Position numbers and translations under genes: made by a program
In this document: one piece after another, positions 1 to 13,459 of the stretch
Layout: each line of letters begins with the position of its first letter
How positions within the stretch are numbered: the first letter of the stretch is position 1
Notes under the pieces: model-generated
Told to the model about the DNA's origin: nothing
The model's input: only the letters and a program-made list of their open reading frames with translations
Databases searched by the model: none
Assembly (NCBI GenBank): GCA_951406725.2
Contig: OX597833.1
Location: 57,350,001 to 57,414,000 of the forward strand
Source: Octopus vulgaris
Lineage: Eukaryota
Direction: 5' to 3'
Length of the DNA stretch: 64,000 bases

Positions 1-117
1 CCATAAAGTACACTGTTCAATACCAGCATAGGCTACCTTGCTTGATATATTAATCCCTTCAATGGGAATCCACTTGAAAGTAAGATTGGAGTCAAGTAGT
101 CTGTCTACTGTTGTACG

Positions 118-255
118 ACAAAAGAGACTGATAGAATAAGTACTAGGCTTCCAAAGAATAAGTCCTGGGGTCGATTTGCTCGACTAAAGGCGTTGCTCCA
201 GCATGGCCACAGCCAAATGACTGGAACAAGTGAAAGAGTACAAGAGTAAAAAGAG
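118..255 (+). mobile_element. SINE family A (CORE-like octopus SINE), 3' part only
   Basis: gatagaataagtactaggctt...ggtcgatttgctcgactaaaggcg...ccagcatggccacag...gagtaaaaagag matches the 3' half of full copies elsewhere in the window. Confidence 0.8.
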
Positions 256-1099
256 AGAGGGTAAAAGAATGTAAAAAAAGGCCAGCAAAACCAGAAACAA
301 AGAACTAGAGAAAAAGACCGAAATCTCATAGCAATGTTTCCCTCCCAAAGATCTAAACCATTCCTCTGTTCTCAGACCTTTCTGTGTTCCCAAGGGGCAG
401 CGAAAGAATGGAGAGAGGGGTGGAGGATGAGGAGGAGGGGTTGCGGGTTTTGAAAGGTTTTTCCAGGAGGGAGGAGAAAAAAAAGAACATACCACAATTG
501 TGCAGTATTGACAATAACTGTTGAATTGGGATTTTAAGTGAATGTGTGGTGGTGGTGGTGGTGGTGGCGGCAGTGGTAGAGTATATCCGCATGTGTGTGT
601 GTGTGTGTGTGCGGTGAGGGGGGTGGAGGAGGTCAGCATTATTTATCTTATTTATTTATTTATCTATAGTGCATAGATTGTTGGTGAATGCGGTGGTGGT
701 GGTGGTGATGGTGGTGTTCTGCTCTATGTCAGCCCACCTCATTGCCATCATTGTTCCCCACCACACCAGCACCACCACCACCATATAATCTCCTCTGCCA
801 CCTTCACTTATCCACCAACACTAATGATAATTACCAGAGAGCCTTTATGAGCCAAGCCAGTGTGTCAACAAAAAAGGGGTTTCTACAGGGTTGTTCAACT
901 TGCTAGAAATAGCAGCTACTCCGCCCTCAAATCACACACACTGTCATTTAAAAAAAATCCAAAATGATACAGTTTGGTGTTACACTATGAGGTGGTGGCT
1001 TGTTGGTTTGTTTGTGTCCCTGTGATTCAGGGGTAATAATTGCTATTCTCTCATTGTCTTGTCTTTCTGTCTGCCTACTTGACAATCAGTTTGTGTCTG

Positions 1100-1315
1100 T
1101 GTCAGTGTAATGTAGTGTGTGTGTGTAGAATGTGTGTGTGTATGTGGTGTTTGTGTGTGCGTGTAGTGTTTGTGTGTGTGTATGTGTGTGTGTGTGTGTG
1201 TGTAGTGTTTGTGTGTGTGTGTGTGTGTGTGTATAGTGTTTGTGTATGCGTGTAGTGCTTTTATGTGTGTGCATGAGATGTGTATGTGTGTAGTGCTTGT
1301 ATGTGTGTGCATGAG

Positions 1316-1365
<50 letters not shown>
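1100..1365. repeat. (TG)n-based microsatellite
   Basis: interrupted gtgtgt runs. Confidence 0.95.
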
Positions 1366-1368
<3 letters not shown>

Positions 1369-1659
1369 GTGTTGTCAGTCAACAACCTTGTATGTCACCA
1401 AACAAACGGTTTTTCTTGTCAAACTGAAATCCTTCCAGTCTTTTCAGAAACAGTTTAACAAGGAAAACCAATCTTTTAACCAATTTCCTTCCTTGTTTTT
1501 ATTTCCTAATACACAAGGAAGGAAGGAAGAGAGGGAAAAGATGGTGGTGGGTGTGGGTGTGTGTGGAGGGGGGGACAGATCAGGGGTGAAGGAAAAGGAT
1601 ATCAGTATTTTCCAGATGAAAGGAAACGGTTATGACAAAGGTCATATCTGCAGTCAAGT

Positions 1660-1679
1660 TTTATATATGTGTATATATA

Positions 1680-1729
<50 letters not shown>

Positions 1730-2176
1730 TATATATATGTATACACATACATACATATATATACACATTATACATACATACACACACATACATACATACA
1801 TATATATATATACACACACACATACATATATATACACATACATACATATACACACATACATACATACATATACACACATACATACATATACACATACATA
1901 TATATATACACACATACATACATATATATACACACATACATATATATATATACACACATACATATATATATAGACACACATACATACACACACACACATA
2001 CACACACACATACATACATATACACACATACATACATACATATACACACATACATACATACATATACACACACACATACATACATATACACACATACATA
2101 CATACATATACACACATACATACATACATATACACACATACATACATATATATGTACACATACATATATATATATG

Positions 2177-2215
<39 letters not shown>

Positions 2216-2285
2216 ACACACACATACATACATTATGTGTGCAAATGTATGTGTATGTTGTATAAATGTGTGTGTGTGTGTGTAT
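1660..2285. repeat. compound (TA)n/(CA)n/(TACA)n microsatellite
   Basis: directly visible; source of the spurious YIHT/VCMY ORFs. Confidence 0.95.
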
Positions 2286-2710
2286 GAGAGACAGTTACAA
2301 AATAATAAAAAGAAAATGAGAGATGGTTAAGAGGGAGAGGGTGGTGGTGGTGGTGGCAGTTTCTCAGTCATGTAACTAACCTAAATTTCCCTCGTACAAA
2401 GAAGACCCAGAGATTGCAGAAACTGCACCCCCTTAAAACAAACAAACAATCCATTTCGTGCCTCTTGAAAGTAGATAAGGAAATATTTATATTAAGAATC
2501 TATCAGCTTGCTGATGGTGATGGTAGCAGTGTGAGGAGGAGGAGGAGGGAGAAGGGACATGACACAAAAGGGCAATTCAAGAAACCCCCACCACACCCAC
2601 TGCCCCCCTCATCCCCATTTCTGCACTTCATTCCCTCAGTCTGCAATAAATTAAAAGAAATTTTTCCATCCCCATCTTAAAAGTCAAAGGAAAAGACAAA
2701 GAACCTTTGA

Positions 2711-3017
2711 TTGTTGTTGTTTGTTGTTTGTTTGTTCCTTCTCGAGCCATGCCAATTTCCCGGTTTCTTGGCTCATAGGTTCCCCACCTGGACGGGACGC
2801 CGGTCCATCGCAGGTGAGCTGCAAGATGCAGGAGGAAAGAGTGAGAGAAAGTTGTGGCGAAAGAGTCAGCAGAAGTTTCACCATTACCTTCTGCTGGAGC
2901 CGCGTGGAGCTTAGGTTGTTTCGCTCATAAACACACACATCGTCCGGTCTGAGATTCGAACCCGCGATCCCGCGACCACAAGTCCGCTGCTCTAACCACT
3001 AGGCCATGTGCCTCTAC
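2711..3017 (-). mobile_element. full-length tRNA-derived SINE (family D) with V-domain-like segment and (CAA)n tail
   Basis: Minus strand: A box TGGCCTAGTGG, B box GGTTCGAATC, central cctgcgatggaccggcgtcccgtccagg resembling the V-SINE domain, tail acaaacaacaa; probable TSD aagaacctttga (2699) / aaggacctttga (3018). Confidence 0.8.
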
Positions 3018-3127
3018 AAGGACCTTTGATTAGTGGTTTGCAAATGCCAGTGGTTTCCATTCCAAGATGCAACCCCTTGGCCACATCAGATTTACAGTTA
3101 AATTCTCCTTTCATAAAGGAGACGGGG

Positions 3128-3256
3128 TAGGAAGAGCATCCAGCTGTAGAAACTCTGCCAGGTCAAGACTGGAGCCTGGTGCAGCCATCTGGTTCACCAG
3201 TCCTCAGTCAAAATCGCCCAACCCATGCTAGCGTGGAAAGCGGACGATGATGATGA
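3128..3256 (+). mobile_element. SINE family C (Meta-like), 3' fragment
   Basis: aggaagagcatccagctgtagaaac...aacccatgctagc...gatgatgatga. Confidence 0.75.
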
Positions 3257-4164
3257 CAATCTCAGACGGAATGGTTTCAGCCATAGGATTTCTTCATCAA
3301 TGCTGAGGGAGAGAGTGGGGGGAGGGGGTAGAGAGAGAGAGAGAGAGATTTAGCTGATAAACTGACCACATCAAGTTAATGCTTAGGGACTTGATTTGTC
3401 CAACAGCACAAACAATAGCAACCATCATCACCATGGAAATTTTATTTCCTCTTGACAACAGTGGTGGTGGTGGTGGGAGTGATGATGAGGCTAATGATGA
3501 TAGTGGTGGCGATGATGGTGATGAGGGTAGTCATGACGGTGATGTTGCTGTTGTCATTGAGCTGCAGGTCAATGTTGACCAAGCAGACCTATGATTAACA
3601 GGAATTCCAGCTATGGCTATCCCTCAGGACTAAATAACTTCATATAAGACAACTACTTAATTTAATGTTGTTTTTATGACAACGAGGTGTATTTTCAAGG
3701 CAGAGTTGGCTACTATTTCTATCAGGTTGAATAACAAAGTGATTCCAACCATGGCGACCCAGAATTTTCAGAACATTTACAAAGACTTCATAATTGTATA
3801 TATCACTCCCATATTTGCATAAGGGTGGGAAATCATTTACAGGTAGGATTTGGCTGCCATTTCTAGCAGGTCCACCAACCATATAATGACCTCACAGTTG
3901 ATAATGGTGGTGTATTATGGATGATGTGGTGGTGTTCAAGATGTTCCTCATAAAACAGTTCCTTGAACGATCATAAAAGAGGTGTGGTTGAAATAACAAT
4001 TGAATGAATTGACAAGCATGAAATGAATTAGCTACAAAAAATAAACATGGCTGCATCAAGGAAGGCTTATGACATTTCTCCTTTTTTTTTTGTTTTTTTT
4101 TTTGGTCAGAATTGCTTTTGTAAACAGAAAATTTAGACATTGCCTCCTGTATCAACTGCTTCTT

Positions 4165-4970
4165 GTGTGTGTGTGTGTGTACACACACAAATGTGTATAC
4201 ATACACACACACATGTATATGTACATATATATACATATATACATAAATATACATACACACATATATATACATAAATATACATACACACATATATATACAT
4301 AAATATACATACACACATATATATACATAAATATACATACACACATATATATACATAAATATACATACACACATATATACATAAATATACATACATACAC
4401 ATGTATATATATACATAAATATACATACATACACATGTATATATATACATAAATATACATACATACACATATTTATATACATAAATATACATAAATATAC
4501 ATACATACACACACATATATATACATAAATATACATACATACACACACATATATACATAAATATACATACATACACACACATATATACATAAATATACAC
4601 ACATATACATATACATATGGACACACACACATATATACATACACATATACATATGGACACACACACACATATATACATACACATATACATATGGACACAC
4701 ACACACATATATACATACACATATACATATGGACACACACACACATATATACATACACATATACATATATCTACATAAATATACATACACACATATACAT
4801 AAATATACATACATACAAATATATATATATATACATACACATATATACGCATAAATATACACACACAAATATAGACATAAATACACACAAACATATGTAT
4901 ACGTAAATATACATACACACACATTTATTTATGCATAAACACATATATATATATATCTATACACTTATAT
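4165..4970. repeat. microsatellite-derived minisatellite (~26-30 bp unit atacataaatatacatacacacatat)
   Basis: repeated acataaatatacatac and catatggacacac motifs. Confidence 0.9.
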
Positions 4971-5328
4971 ACATGAATGGGGTGAGCTTCCAGCAGCAGA
5001 CAACAAAGCCCCATAGAGGATATCAAGACAAAGATAAGGGTCTTTGATTCTCAAGTATCTTCCTTACACACACATCCACCCTTAATGCTACCCCTATCAA
5101 TAAGATTTATTCAGCAGACTTTTTGACATTTATTTACTTTAGTTTATAATCCTAATTAACCACCACCACCATCATCATCATCATCGTCATCAAAATTTGC
5201 ATTAAATCTTACCATGTTTCACTTCTATGAAGCTAATAATGCTTTTAGGATGGGCATGAAAGCCACAACTTCCTAACCCTCAACCACTTCATTTCAATAC
5301 ATCAACACAGGCACAGGAGTGGCTGTGT

Positions 5329-5702
5329 GGTAAGTAGCTTGTTTACCAACCACATGGTTCCGGGTTCAGTCCCACTGCATGGCACCTTGGGCAAGCGTCT
5401 TCTACTATAGCGTTGTGAGCGAAAACGCCTAAAGCTCCATGAGGCTCCGGCATGGGGTGGTGGCGACCCATTGTACTCTTTCGCTCCAACTTTCTCTCAC
5501 TCTTTTTCCTGTTTCTTATCCCCGACTTCCTACGCAACTGCTGAGCCTGAATGCACATTCATCCATCTGTCGATGCTCTCGGTGTCGGCGGTTGACCTGC
5601 TTTCTCTTCTGCGGGTCTTACGAATAGCAAAGGACCACGTTTCGGACTTCTCCCACTACAGAATGGGACGAAGACCGCTTTGCTCAACAGCAACAAGAAA
5701 TA
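5329..5702 (+). mobile_element. chimeric SINE: family A head joined to a family D-related body
   Basis: ggcacaggagtggctgtgtggtaag...cttctactatagc, then gagcgaaaacgcctaaagctcca...actctttcgctccaactttctctcactcttt, which is shared with the 2711-3017 element. Confidence 0.65.
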
Positions 5703-6899
5703 CATAAAGTGTCTTCCTGAAGGGTACAGTGTGCTGCCAGGAACCGAACTCAAGACCTTATGATTGGAAGCCAAATACCCTAACCAGAGAGGCCATGTGC
5801 CTTCACTTACATTAGCAAAAGACAGAATCATAATTGTTTTTTTAAGCTTTTACCTTTACATAGAACGGGGGGGGGGGGGGCATTTATTAATCATCATCAT
5901 CATCATCATCAATGGCATTATAGCCATTCTGAAATGTAATCTCTACTTTTGTTTCCAAGAGTCAGACAACAGCAGCAGCTGTAGAAATCAGGGAGCTAAA
6001 AGGGGTTCATTGTCCACAACGAAGGGGAAGGGTAAAGAGTCTAAAGCAGGGGCCAATGGTGTTCAGCTGCCACAATCTTCTCCTCCTCCTCCTCCTCCCG
6101 CCACTCTACTATAACTTGCTTACCCCCTCCTTGTCCCGCAGCTACCACCCACCCCTAGTTTTAGCAGTTGCAATGATGAAGGAAGAAGATACCTGTTTGT
6201 TTTGTTCCCTTGTTTTATTTTATTTTTTTTGTATATTAATTTTTTTTTTTTTTTTTCTGTTTGTGTAATTTTTATGTATGTCAAAATGTGACTATAATGA
6301 ACTTAGAAGGAAGTAATTGCAGGAAGGCAAGGAAGGAGGAGATGGAGAGGAGGAGGAGAGACAGTATATATGCAGGATGAAAAGGTCAGGGGGGCAGCAA
6401 GCAAAATGTAAAGAGAGAATAAGAACAAGGGAAGAAGCAAAAGACAAAGGAATATGAAAGAGGGGAGTGGGAGGAGTGAAAGAAAGAAAGAAAGAAAGTT
6501 GCAACTGCTTCTGTGTGCATGAGAGAGAGGGAGGAGGGAGAAGTATCGAGAATGAGAGAAACAGGGCAGAGAGAAACAAAGGGTCAAAGTGACCAGCTAG
6601 AAATAGAAGTCAAATCCCCAAACCACAATGAGTCCTAGAAGGACACATTAGATGATGTAGTCCAAGAGGATTGACCAGGAACACTACAACAACAACAACC
6701 ACTAGTCAGCATATAGAGGTGTTTAACCCTAGGGAAACCCTGACAGAGCAGACCTATGATCAAAAGTATTCCAGCTTTGACCATCCTGTCATTGTAGAGC
6801 TGAGATTAAAGAATCTAATGTGTACTTCCTCTATCTAAGGTAGTAGGTTATAGAATTTAGATGGAGGTTTGACTTCTATTTTTAGTAGGTCCAGCAACC

Positions 6900-7379
6900 T
6901 TAAACCCTTTAGTGTTCAGATTATTCTATCAAACATAATGCTTATTGATTCCCATTGATTTGAATTAATCATGCATTACCGCATATCTTCAAGATCTTGA
7001 TGGTGTAATTGCTTAATGTAGAATAACATTGTAGGGTAGGTGTGAGGGCCTGGATCTGGTCAGTTTGAACATAAAACAGATTAACTATTTTGGCCGGATA
7101 TGGCTGGATTAAATACTTATTTCTTTACAGCCCACAAGGGGCTACACACAGAGGGGACAAACAAGGACTGACAAACGGGTTAAGTCGATTATATCGACCC
7201 CATTGCGTAACTGGTACTTATTTAATCGACCCTGAAAGGATGAAAGGCAAAGTCGACCTCGGCGGAATTCGAACTTAGAACGTAGCGACAGACGAAATAC
7301 CGCTAGGCGTTTCACCTGGCGTGCTAACGTTTCTGCCAGCTCGCCGCCTTTAAATACTAATTAAATACTAATGGGTTAA
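6900..7379. mobile_element. piggyBac-type MITE (family P1) with nested SINE
   Basis: starts ttaaaccctttagtgttcagatt and ends atgggttaa; internal sequence matches copies at 11692, 11962 and 31189. Confidence 0.65.
7118..7349 (-). mobile_element. SINE family B (Nin/Deu-domain-like), full length, nested in a MITE
   Basis: head ggcggcgagctggcagaaacgttagcacgcc, core gtcgactttgcctttcatcctttc..ggtcgattaaataagtaccag; TSD ttaaatact (7109/7350). Confidence 0.8.
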
Positions 7380-8858
7380 TGATGACTATGATGATAATGA
7401 TGATGGTGGCTTTTAAACTGTACTAATCTAGTTTCTTCAGGTTTTATTTCCAAATCTTCAGGAAATAGTCAAAGACCTGTTAAAAACAATGCAACCAAGA
7501 ATATCCCCAAACGTTTCATCGGAGGGAGCCTCAATATAGTTGCACGACCTGCTAGATATAGCAGCTAAATCTCTCTTAAATCACTCTCAACTATCTTTGA
7601 AAAGGTAAGGATGATGTATATGATAGAGATGATGATGATACCAGAAAATGATGGGGAATATATAAAGCAATATCAAAAACAAAACAAAAGAAAAAGAATT
7701 GAAATAAAACCAAAAATGATTACTTGTCACCAAGGAATTAAATCCAGAACTATGTCAGAAAGTGATGGGGGTGGGAAAAGGGTAGCTGGTAGTAGTAGTA
7801 GTAGAAGTGAATGCTGTAACCATTTCAGAGATGTTATCAAATAACTAGTTAGTACATACACCAAAACCTATTTCAAGATGTTTAAGATTGTATTGCAAAC
7901 AATAACTATTGAAATATTTTCTCTGTACACAGACAGAGATACCAAGAAGAGGGCAAGAAGGAGATAGTTCTTTGCTCTTCCTATTCTTTCTTTCTCTCTC
8001 ACTCTCTCTCCATGCACATAATTCAACAAAAGGGAGTCTTATTTGTTTCCAGTGTCAACCTTAAAGAAACAATGGATTCCTGTTCTAACTCTGTGTGTGT
8101 GTAAATGTATGTATATATGTATGTATGTGTGTATGTATGTATACTGCTGAAAATCATGATAATGGAAGGATTGTTCCAAGGATTATTTCAACAACATCCT
8201 GATTGGTGCATTCAAGTCATGTGACCTTCAGCATCTGCCAGCCCCACCCTCCTCGCAACATCTCCATTTCTCACTCAGTGTGGTGTAATTATGTAGCACA
8301 AACCAAAATAAAAATAACGATGACGGTTTCTAATATTGGAACAAAGAAAAAAGAGAAAAAAGAAAAAAAGAGACCACCACCACAAACCTTAGATAAGGAT
8401 TTAAAAGTAGATTTGTATTTGGCTAATGCTTAATTTTGTTTAATTTCTTTTTTTTACCAGGATTTGAATTCACAATCTGAATAGTTTGAAACTGAATACT
8501 GCCAGACATTCTATGTCCAGCGCTTTGCCGTTCCTGCTACCATACCGACACAAACATTGCTTCAAGAATAGGCAGAGGGTTTGAAATTCAGAGCAGGGGT
8601 TTAGTTGATATAACTGATCCCAGCACTTGACTGATTCTTATTTCATCGACCCCCAGAAGGATGAAAGTCACAGTTGATCTTGGCACAATTTGAACCCAGA
8701 ACACAAAGAACTGGGAAAAAATACAACAGAGCATTTTTGTTCCATACTCTGATTCTATCAATAATAATAATAATAATTATAATAATAATTCTGTGATTCA
8801 ATTAATTTTGAAAGTAATGAAGAATTTGCAAGGATTTAGTAAAATAAATCATTGGTGC

Positions 8859-9184
8859 AGTAGTGGATGTGTGGTAAGAAGCTTGCTTCCCAACCACAAG
8901 GTTCTGGGTTCAGTCTCACTGCGTGGCACTTGGACAAGTGTCTTCTACTATAACCTCGGGTCGACCAAAGCCTTGTGAGTGGATTATCATGATTATGTAT
9001 GTATGTGTGTCTGTGTTTGTCCCACCACCAATGCTTGACAACCGATGTTGGTGTGTTTACATCCCCATAACTTAGCGGTTTGGCAAAGCTTACAAAGAAT
9101 AAGTCCTAGGGTCAATTTGTTTGACTAAAGGCAGTGCTCCAGCATGGCTGCAGTCAAATGACTGAAACATGTAAAAGAATAAAA
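8859..9184 (+). mobile_element. SINE family A, internally deleted copy
   Basis: gtggatgtgtggtaag...gggttcagtc...actgaaacatgtaaaagaat. Confidence 0.8.
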
Positions 9185-9406
9185 TAACTGTCATATCTTG
9201 TTCACTCCCAGGTCAACTTTGAATGAGCAGAACTATTGGCAACAGGTGATCTAACCATGACCATCTCAAGAGAAACCATGTTATTAACCCTGAAAGGGGT
9301 TGATAAAATAAGCGTCGCTCGAGTACCGGGGTTGATGCAATTGACTTCCTCCCCCTCCTCGGAGACTTCTGACCCTTTATCAGAATTCAAAATTATTATT
9401 ATTACC

Positions 9407-9636
9407 CCCCTTTTGGCCAGGCTCCCGTGGCATTTGTGGGTTTTTCCATGTGAGACCTTTACTTTTTTTTTCAAAGCGTCTCCTCTATTGGGAGTTTTTC
9501 GTTGTTAAACTGCCTTTTTTACTCAATGTTTTCACAAATGGACAAAACCTTTTGTAACCTTTCGTCCTGTTTTGTCCCTTTATGTTTTCCAATCATGTTT
9601 GTCAGCCCTTGTGGCCAATAAAAAGAATTAATTATT
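9407..9636 (+). mobile_element. probable LINE 3' UTR fragment with AATAAA and (ATT)n tail
   Basis: ends agcccttgtggccaataaaaagaatta(att)n; attattattattacc lies on both sides (possible TSD). Confidence 0.5.
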
Positions 9637-9989
9637 ATTATTATTATTACCTTCAAAATGGATTTTAAATAGCAGATATTAATAAGATAAAAACAGAGTT
9701 GAGAATTCATGAAACTAGACATAAACTTTCCACAAAATACATATGTGTGTGCATGCATATGTTTGTGTGTGTGTGTGTGTGTGTGTGTAACTTTAGTTGG
9801 GAAACGGCGACTCCTGTGTTTGCGATAAGCCATAGAACTAAGACTAAACTTGTTATCAAGTTGATGGGATCTGCAGGTGCAGCCGAATATCACGCAGAGA
9901 GCCCTTAAGTCAGCCTGTAGGGCAGGGTGGATGGACACTCGTGGTATAGGTAGATGTGTGTAAGAGTGTATATAAACGCAAAAGCATAC

Positions 9990-9999
9990 ACATGAACAC

Positions 10000-10076
<77 letters not shown>

Positions 10077-10185
10077 CATACACTCTTAAAAGAAAACTCT
10101 GGCAAATATATAAATATTTTTTAATATATATATATGTGTGTGTGTGTGTATATATTCACACAAACATATACATACATACATACAT

Positions 10186-10252
<67 letters not shown>

Positions 10253-10284
10253 TATATATGTATATATATATACACACACACACA

Positions 10285-10371
<87 letters not shown>

Positions 10372-10443
10372 GTATGTGTGTGTTCATGTGTATACTTTTG
10401 CGTGTATATATATGTATGTATATGTTTGTGTGAATATATACAC

Positions 10444-10489
<46 letters not shown>

Positions 10490-10590
10490 ACACACATACA
10501 CACACACATATATATATATATATGCATGTATGTATATGTTTGTGTGAATATATATATACACACACACACACACATATATATATATATTTT
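9990..10590. repeat. compound (TA)n/(CA)n/(TG)n microsatellite
   Basis: directly visible. Confidence 0.95.
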
Positions 10591-11077
10591 AAAATATTTA
10601 TATATTTCCTAAAGAGTTTTCTTCTTTTAAATGCAATTCACTTCCATTTGCTTATTTAAAGAAGATAACAGAGTCTACAGTTTCAGTGCAAATGTTTCAG
10701 GAAAAAAAAAAAAAAAAAAAAAAAAAATCAGTCCAGATATTTTGATTAAACTGATAACGAATATCCCCCACCCACCCACCCACCAATACCACCACCCGTA
10801 TCACCACTCCCTCTACCATCCTTGAAGCTATGTGTTGTGTATGTGTGTGGCTCCTGAGGGACGATAGAAAAATATTAGTTGCGGTAATAGTAGTAGTGGT
10901 TGTGGTGTTGGTGATGATGATGATGAAGGTGGTGGCGGTGGTAGTGGTGGTGACAGTGGCAGCAATGCTAATGTTGTAGTAAGGAGCTATTTGACAAGAT
11001 TGATACAAACAAATACCAGAAATATATATACTAATATAACACCTGTGTTGTTTGGATATTGCTAAATGGGAGTAGCA

Positions 11078-11125
<48 letters not shown>

Positions 11126-11292
11126 AAAAGAAAAAAGATGAAAAAACACACAAGATTTGTTTTATAAGGTTAAAGAGTATATTCGAGTCTTAATAATAAA
11201 GATATACAATTTCGTCCTTTCAATATAAACTAAGAACTGGTTTCGCATTGCTCATCAAGTTATGGGTTATTTTCTACCTTATATATATATAT

Positions 11293-11642
11293 TAGTAGTC
11301 TCTCTACCCGTTCAGTCGAAGTCAACTCTCGGTCACTCGTTGGATCAGTGTCCTCCAGTCAGTTCTATCCTGGGTCGATTCTTTCAGATTGGCTATGTCC
11401 ATTCCGGTATCACTCTTGATGGTGTCAAGCCAGTGGGTTCTTGGTCGGCCTCTTCCTCTCTTGCCACTGACCATTCCGAGCATGATGTTCTTCTCCAGAG
11501 ATTTTCTCTGCATAATATGACTGAAATATGCCAATCTATGCCTGGTGATCCTAGCTTCTAGCGACATTTTTGGCCTTATCTGCTTAAGAACTTCTCCATT
11601 GGTGAGCCTCGCTGTCCATGGAATCCGCAAAAGTCTTCTCCC
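11293..11642 (-). mobile_element. 5'-truncated RTE-clade (BovB-like) LINE, C-terminal end of ORF
   Basis: RRLLRIPWTARLTNGEVL...SLEARITRHRLAYFSHIMQRKSLEKNIMLGMVSGKRGRGRPRTHWLDTIK...QDRTDWRTLI is the characteristic RTE ORF C-terminus, followed by a short cgacttcgactgaacgg tail. Confidence 0.88.
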
Positions 11643-11691
11643 ACACCAAACACCAACACCAACAAATATATTAGTTGTGGAGGGTTCTAAA

Positions 11692-11919
11692 TTAACCATT
11701 TAACATTTCAACTAGTCATATCCAGCGGTCCAAATATTCTTCCTGGTTTTATCTTCAAACCAGTCAAATTTGGTCTTTCACATCTACCCTACAATCCTAT
11801 AGTAAAAACAAACAATCACATCGTTGAAATCTCAATGCTATGAGATAATGCATGATTAATTACAATGTGAATAGATAAGCATTGCATTTCACAGAGTAAT
11901 CTGAACACTAAAGGGTTAA
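11692..11919. mobile_element. piggyBac-type MITE P1 (opposite orientation to next copy)
   Basis: ttaaccatttaacatt ... aacactaaagggttaa; TTAA at both ends. Confidence 0.7.
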
Positions 11920-11961
11920 AACTTATCAAATCTCACTATAATTTATTTTCTAAATGCAAGC

Positions 11962-12780
11962 TTAACCCTTAAGCATTTAGATTATTTTGTCAAATGTAAT
12001 TCTTATTTATTCACATTGTTTTGGATTAATCATGCATTATAGTGGCTGTGTGGTAAGTTGTTTGCTTACCAACCACATGGTTCCGGGTTAAGTCCCACAG
12101 CGTGGCACCTTGGGCAACTGTCTTCTACTATAGCCTCGGGCCGACCAAAGCCTTGTGAGTGGATTTGGTAGATGGAAACTGAAAGAAGCCCGTCGTATAT
12201 ATGTACGTATATATATATATCGGCGCAGGAGTGGCTGTGTGGTAAATCGCTTGCTTACAAACCACATGGTTCCGGGTTCAGTCCCACAGCGTGGCACCTT
12301 GGGCAACTGTCTTCTACTATAGCCTCGGGCCGACCAAAGCCTTGTGAGTGGATTTGGTAGACGGAAACTGAAAGAAGCCCATAGTATATATGTATGTGTA
12401 TATGTTTGTGTGTCTGTGTCTCTGTGTTTGCCCCACCCCCACCATTTGACATCGCATGGTGTGTTTACGTCCCCGTAACTTAGCAGTTTGGCAAAAGAGA
12501 CAGATAGAATAAGTACTAGGCTTACAAAGAATAAGTCCTGGTGTCGATTTGCTCGACTAAAGGCGGTGCTCCAGCATGGCCACAGTCAAATGACTGAAAC
12601 AAGCAAAAGAGTAAAAAAGAGTAAAGAGTATTTCTCATAGTTTTGAGATTTTGATGATGCGTTTGTTTACTTTTAGCATGACAGTCGGGTAGGTGTGAGT
12701 GACCAAATTTGGCCAGTTTGAAAGCAAAACAGGTTGAATATTTGGGCCCGACACAGCTGGTTTAAATGCTGAAGGGTTAA
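11962..12780. mobile_element. piggyBac-type MITE P1 interrupted by two family A SINEs
   Basis: TTAA-CCCTTAAGCATTTA ... TAAATGCTGAAGGG-TTAA termini. Confidence 0.75.
12041..12629 (+). mobile_element. tandem family A SINEs (5' half 12041-12220 plus full copy 12222-12629)
   Basis: A box TGGCTGTGTGG, B box GGTTCAGTCC, CORE-like gcaccttgggcaa, internal microsatellite, gagtaaa tail. Confidence 0.88.
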
Positions 12781-13395
12781 CAGTGGCAAAATTATTTTAC
12801 CAAATACCTACTAATTTTCAAAATAAATTGAAGTATAAGTTAGAGCATTTCAACAGAAATTTCGTAAGGGTTAATTGTTTCATAATGATATTTCTAATGA
12901 ACCCCACCATCTACATGTGGTAAATTAATTGTGAAAATAATCAAGAATTTTAATAGGTTTTAGGAAAAATAACTGTCATTATTAATTTGGGTATTTGGAA
13001 TATGAAAATGCTTTAACATAAAATTATGTAGGAAGGTTAAAATTTAAATAAAAAGACTTTCAGAGAGCTTGGCAGATTGGTGTTGACAGGGTCAGTGTAA
13101 TAGAGAAAAGAAGGATGTGGAAGAATTTGGTAAGGCAGCAAGGGAAAAAAATTGAATGGGACGGGGAGGAGAAGAAAGAGGAGAGGGAGTGAAAATAAGA
13201 GAGGGATGAAGAAAGAGCAAAAATTGTGTGTATATACATGTATATATTTATTTTTAAGTTATTATACAAAAACAATTTAACGTTAAATTAAAACATTCTT
13301 TTTTTTTCTATTTTTGTGGTCTTTTTTTTTCAGTCAGTTTGAACTGTGGCCTAATTGGAGCAGCATCTTAAAGGTTTTTTTTTTAATCAATGTTT

Positions 13396-13431
<36 letters not shown>

Positions 13432-13459
13432 CATATATATTTCTACAATTAAAAGATCT

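Noticed and set aside
1040-2287. Long ORFs (up to 335 aa) rich in Y/I/H/T or V/C/M; likewise at 3.9-4.9, 10, 24.5, 32.7, 43.3, 47.8, 52.2 and 56.8 kb
   Set aside because: These are translations of (TA/CA/TG)n microsatellites, which lack stops in several frames; there is no domain content.
2945-3017. tRNA gene
   Set aside because: It has A and B boxes but continues into a SINE body and tail bounded by a TSD, so it is a SINE head. The same applies to the family A/B heads and the 29137 fragment.
12255-12452. Recurrent peptide ...[40 protein letters not shown] in many ORFs
   Set aside because: Antisense translation of SINE family A, not a gene family.
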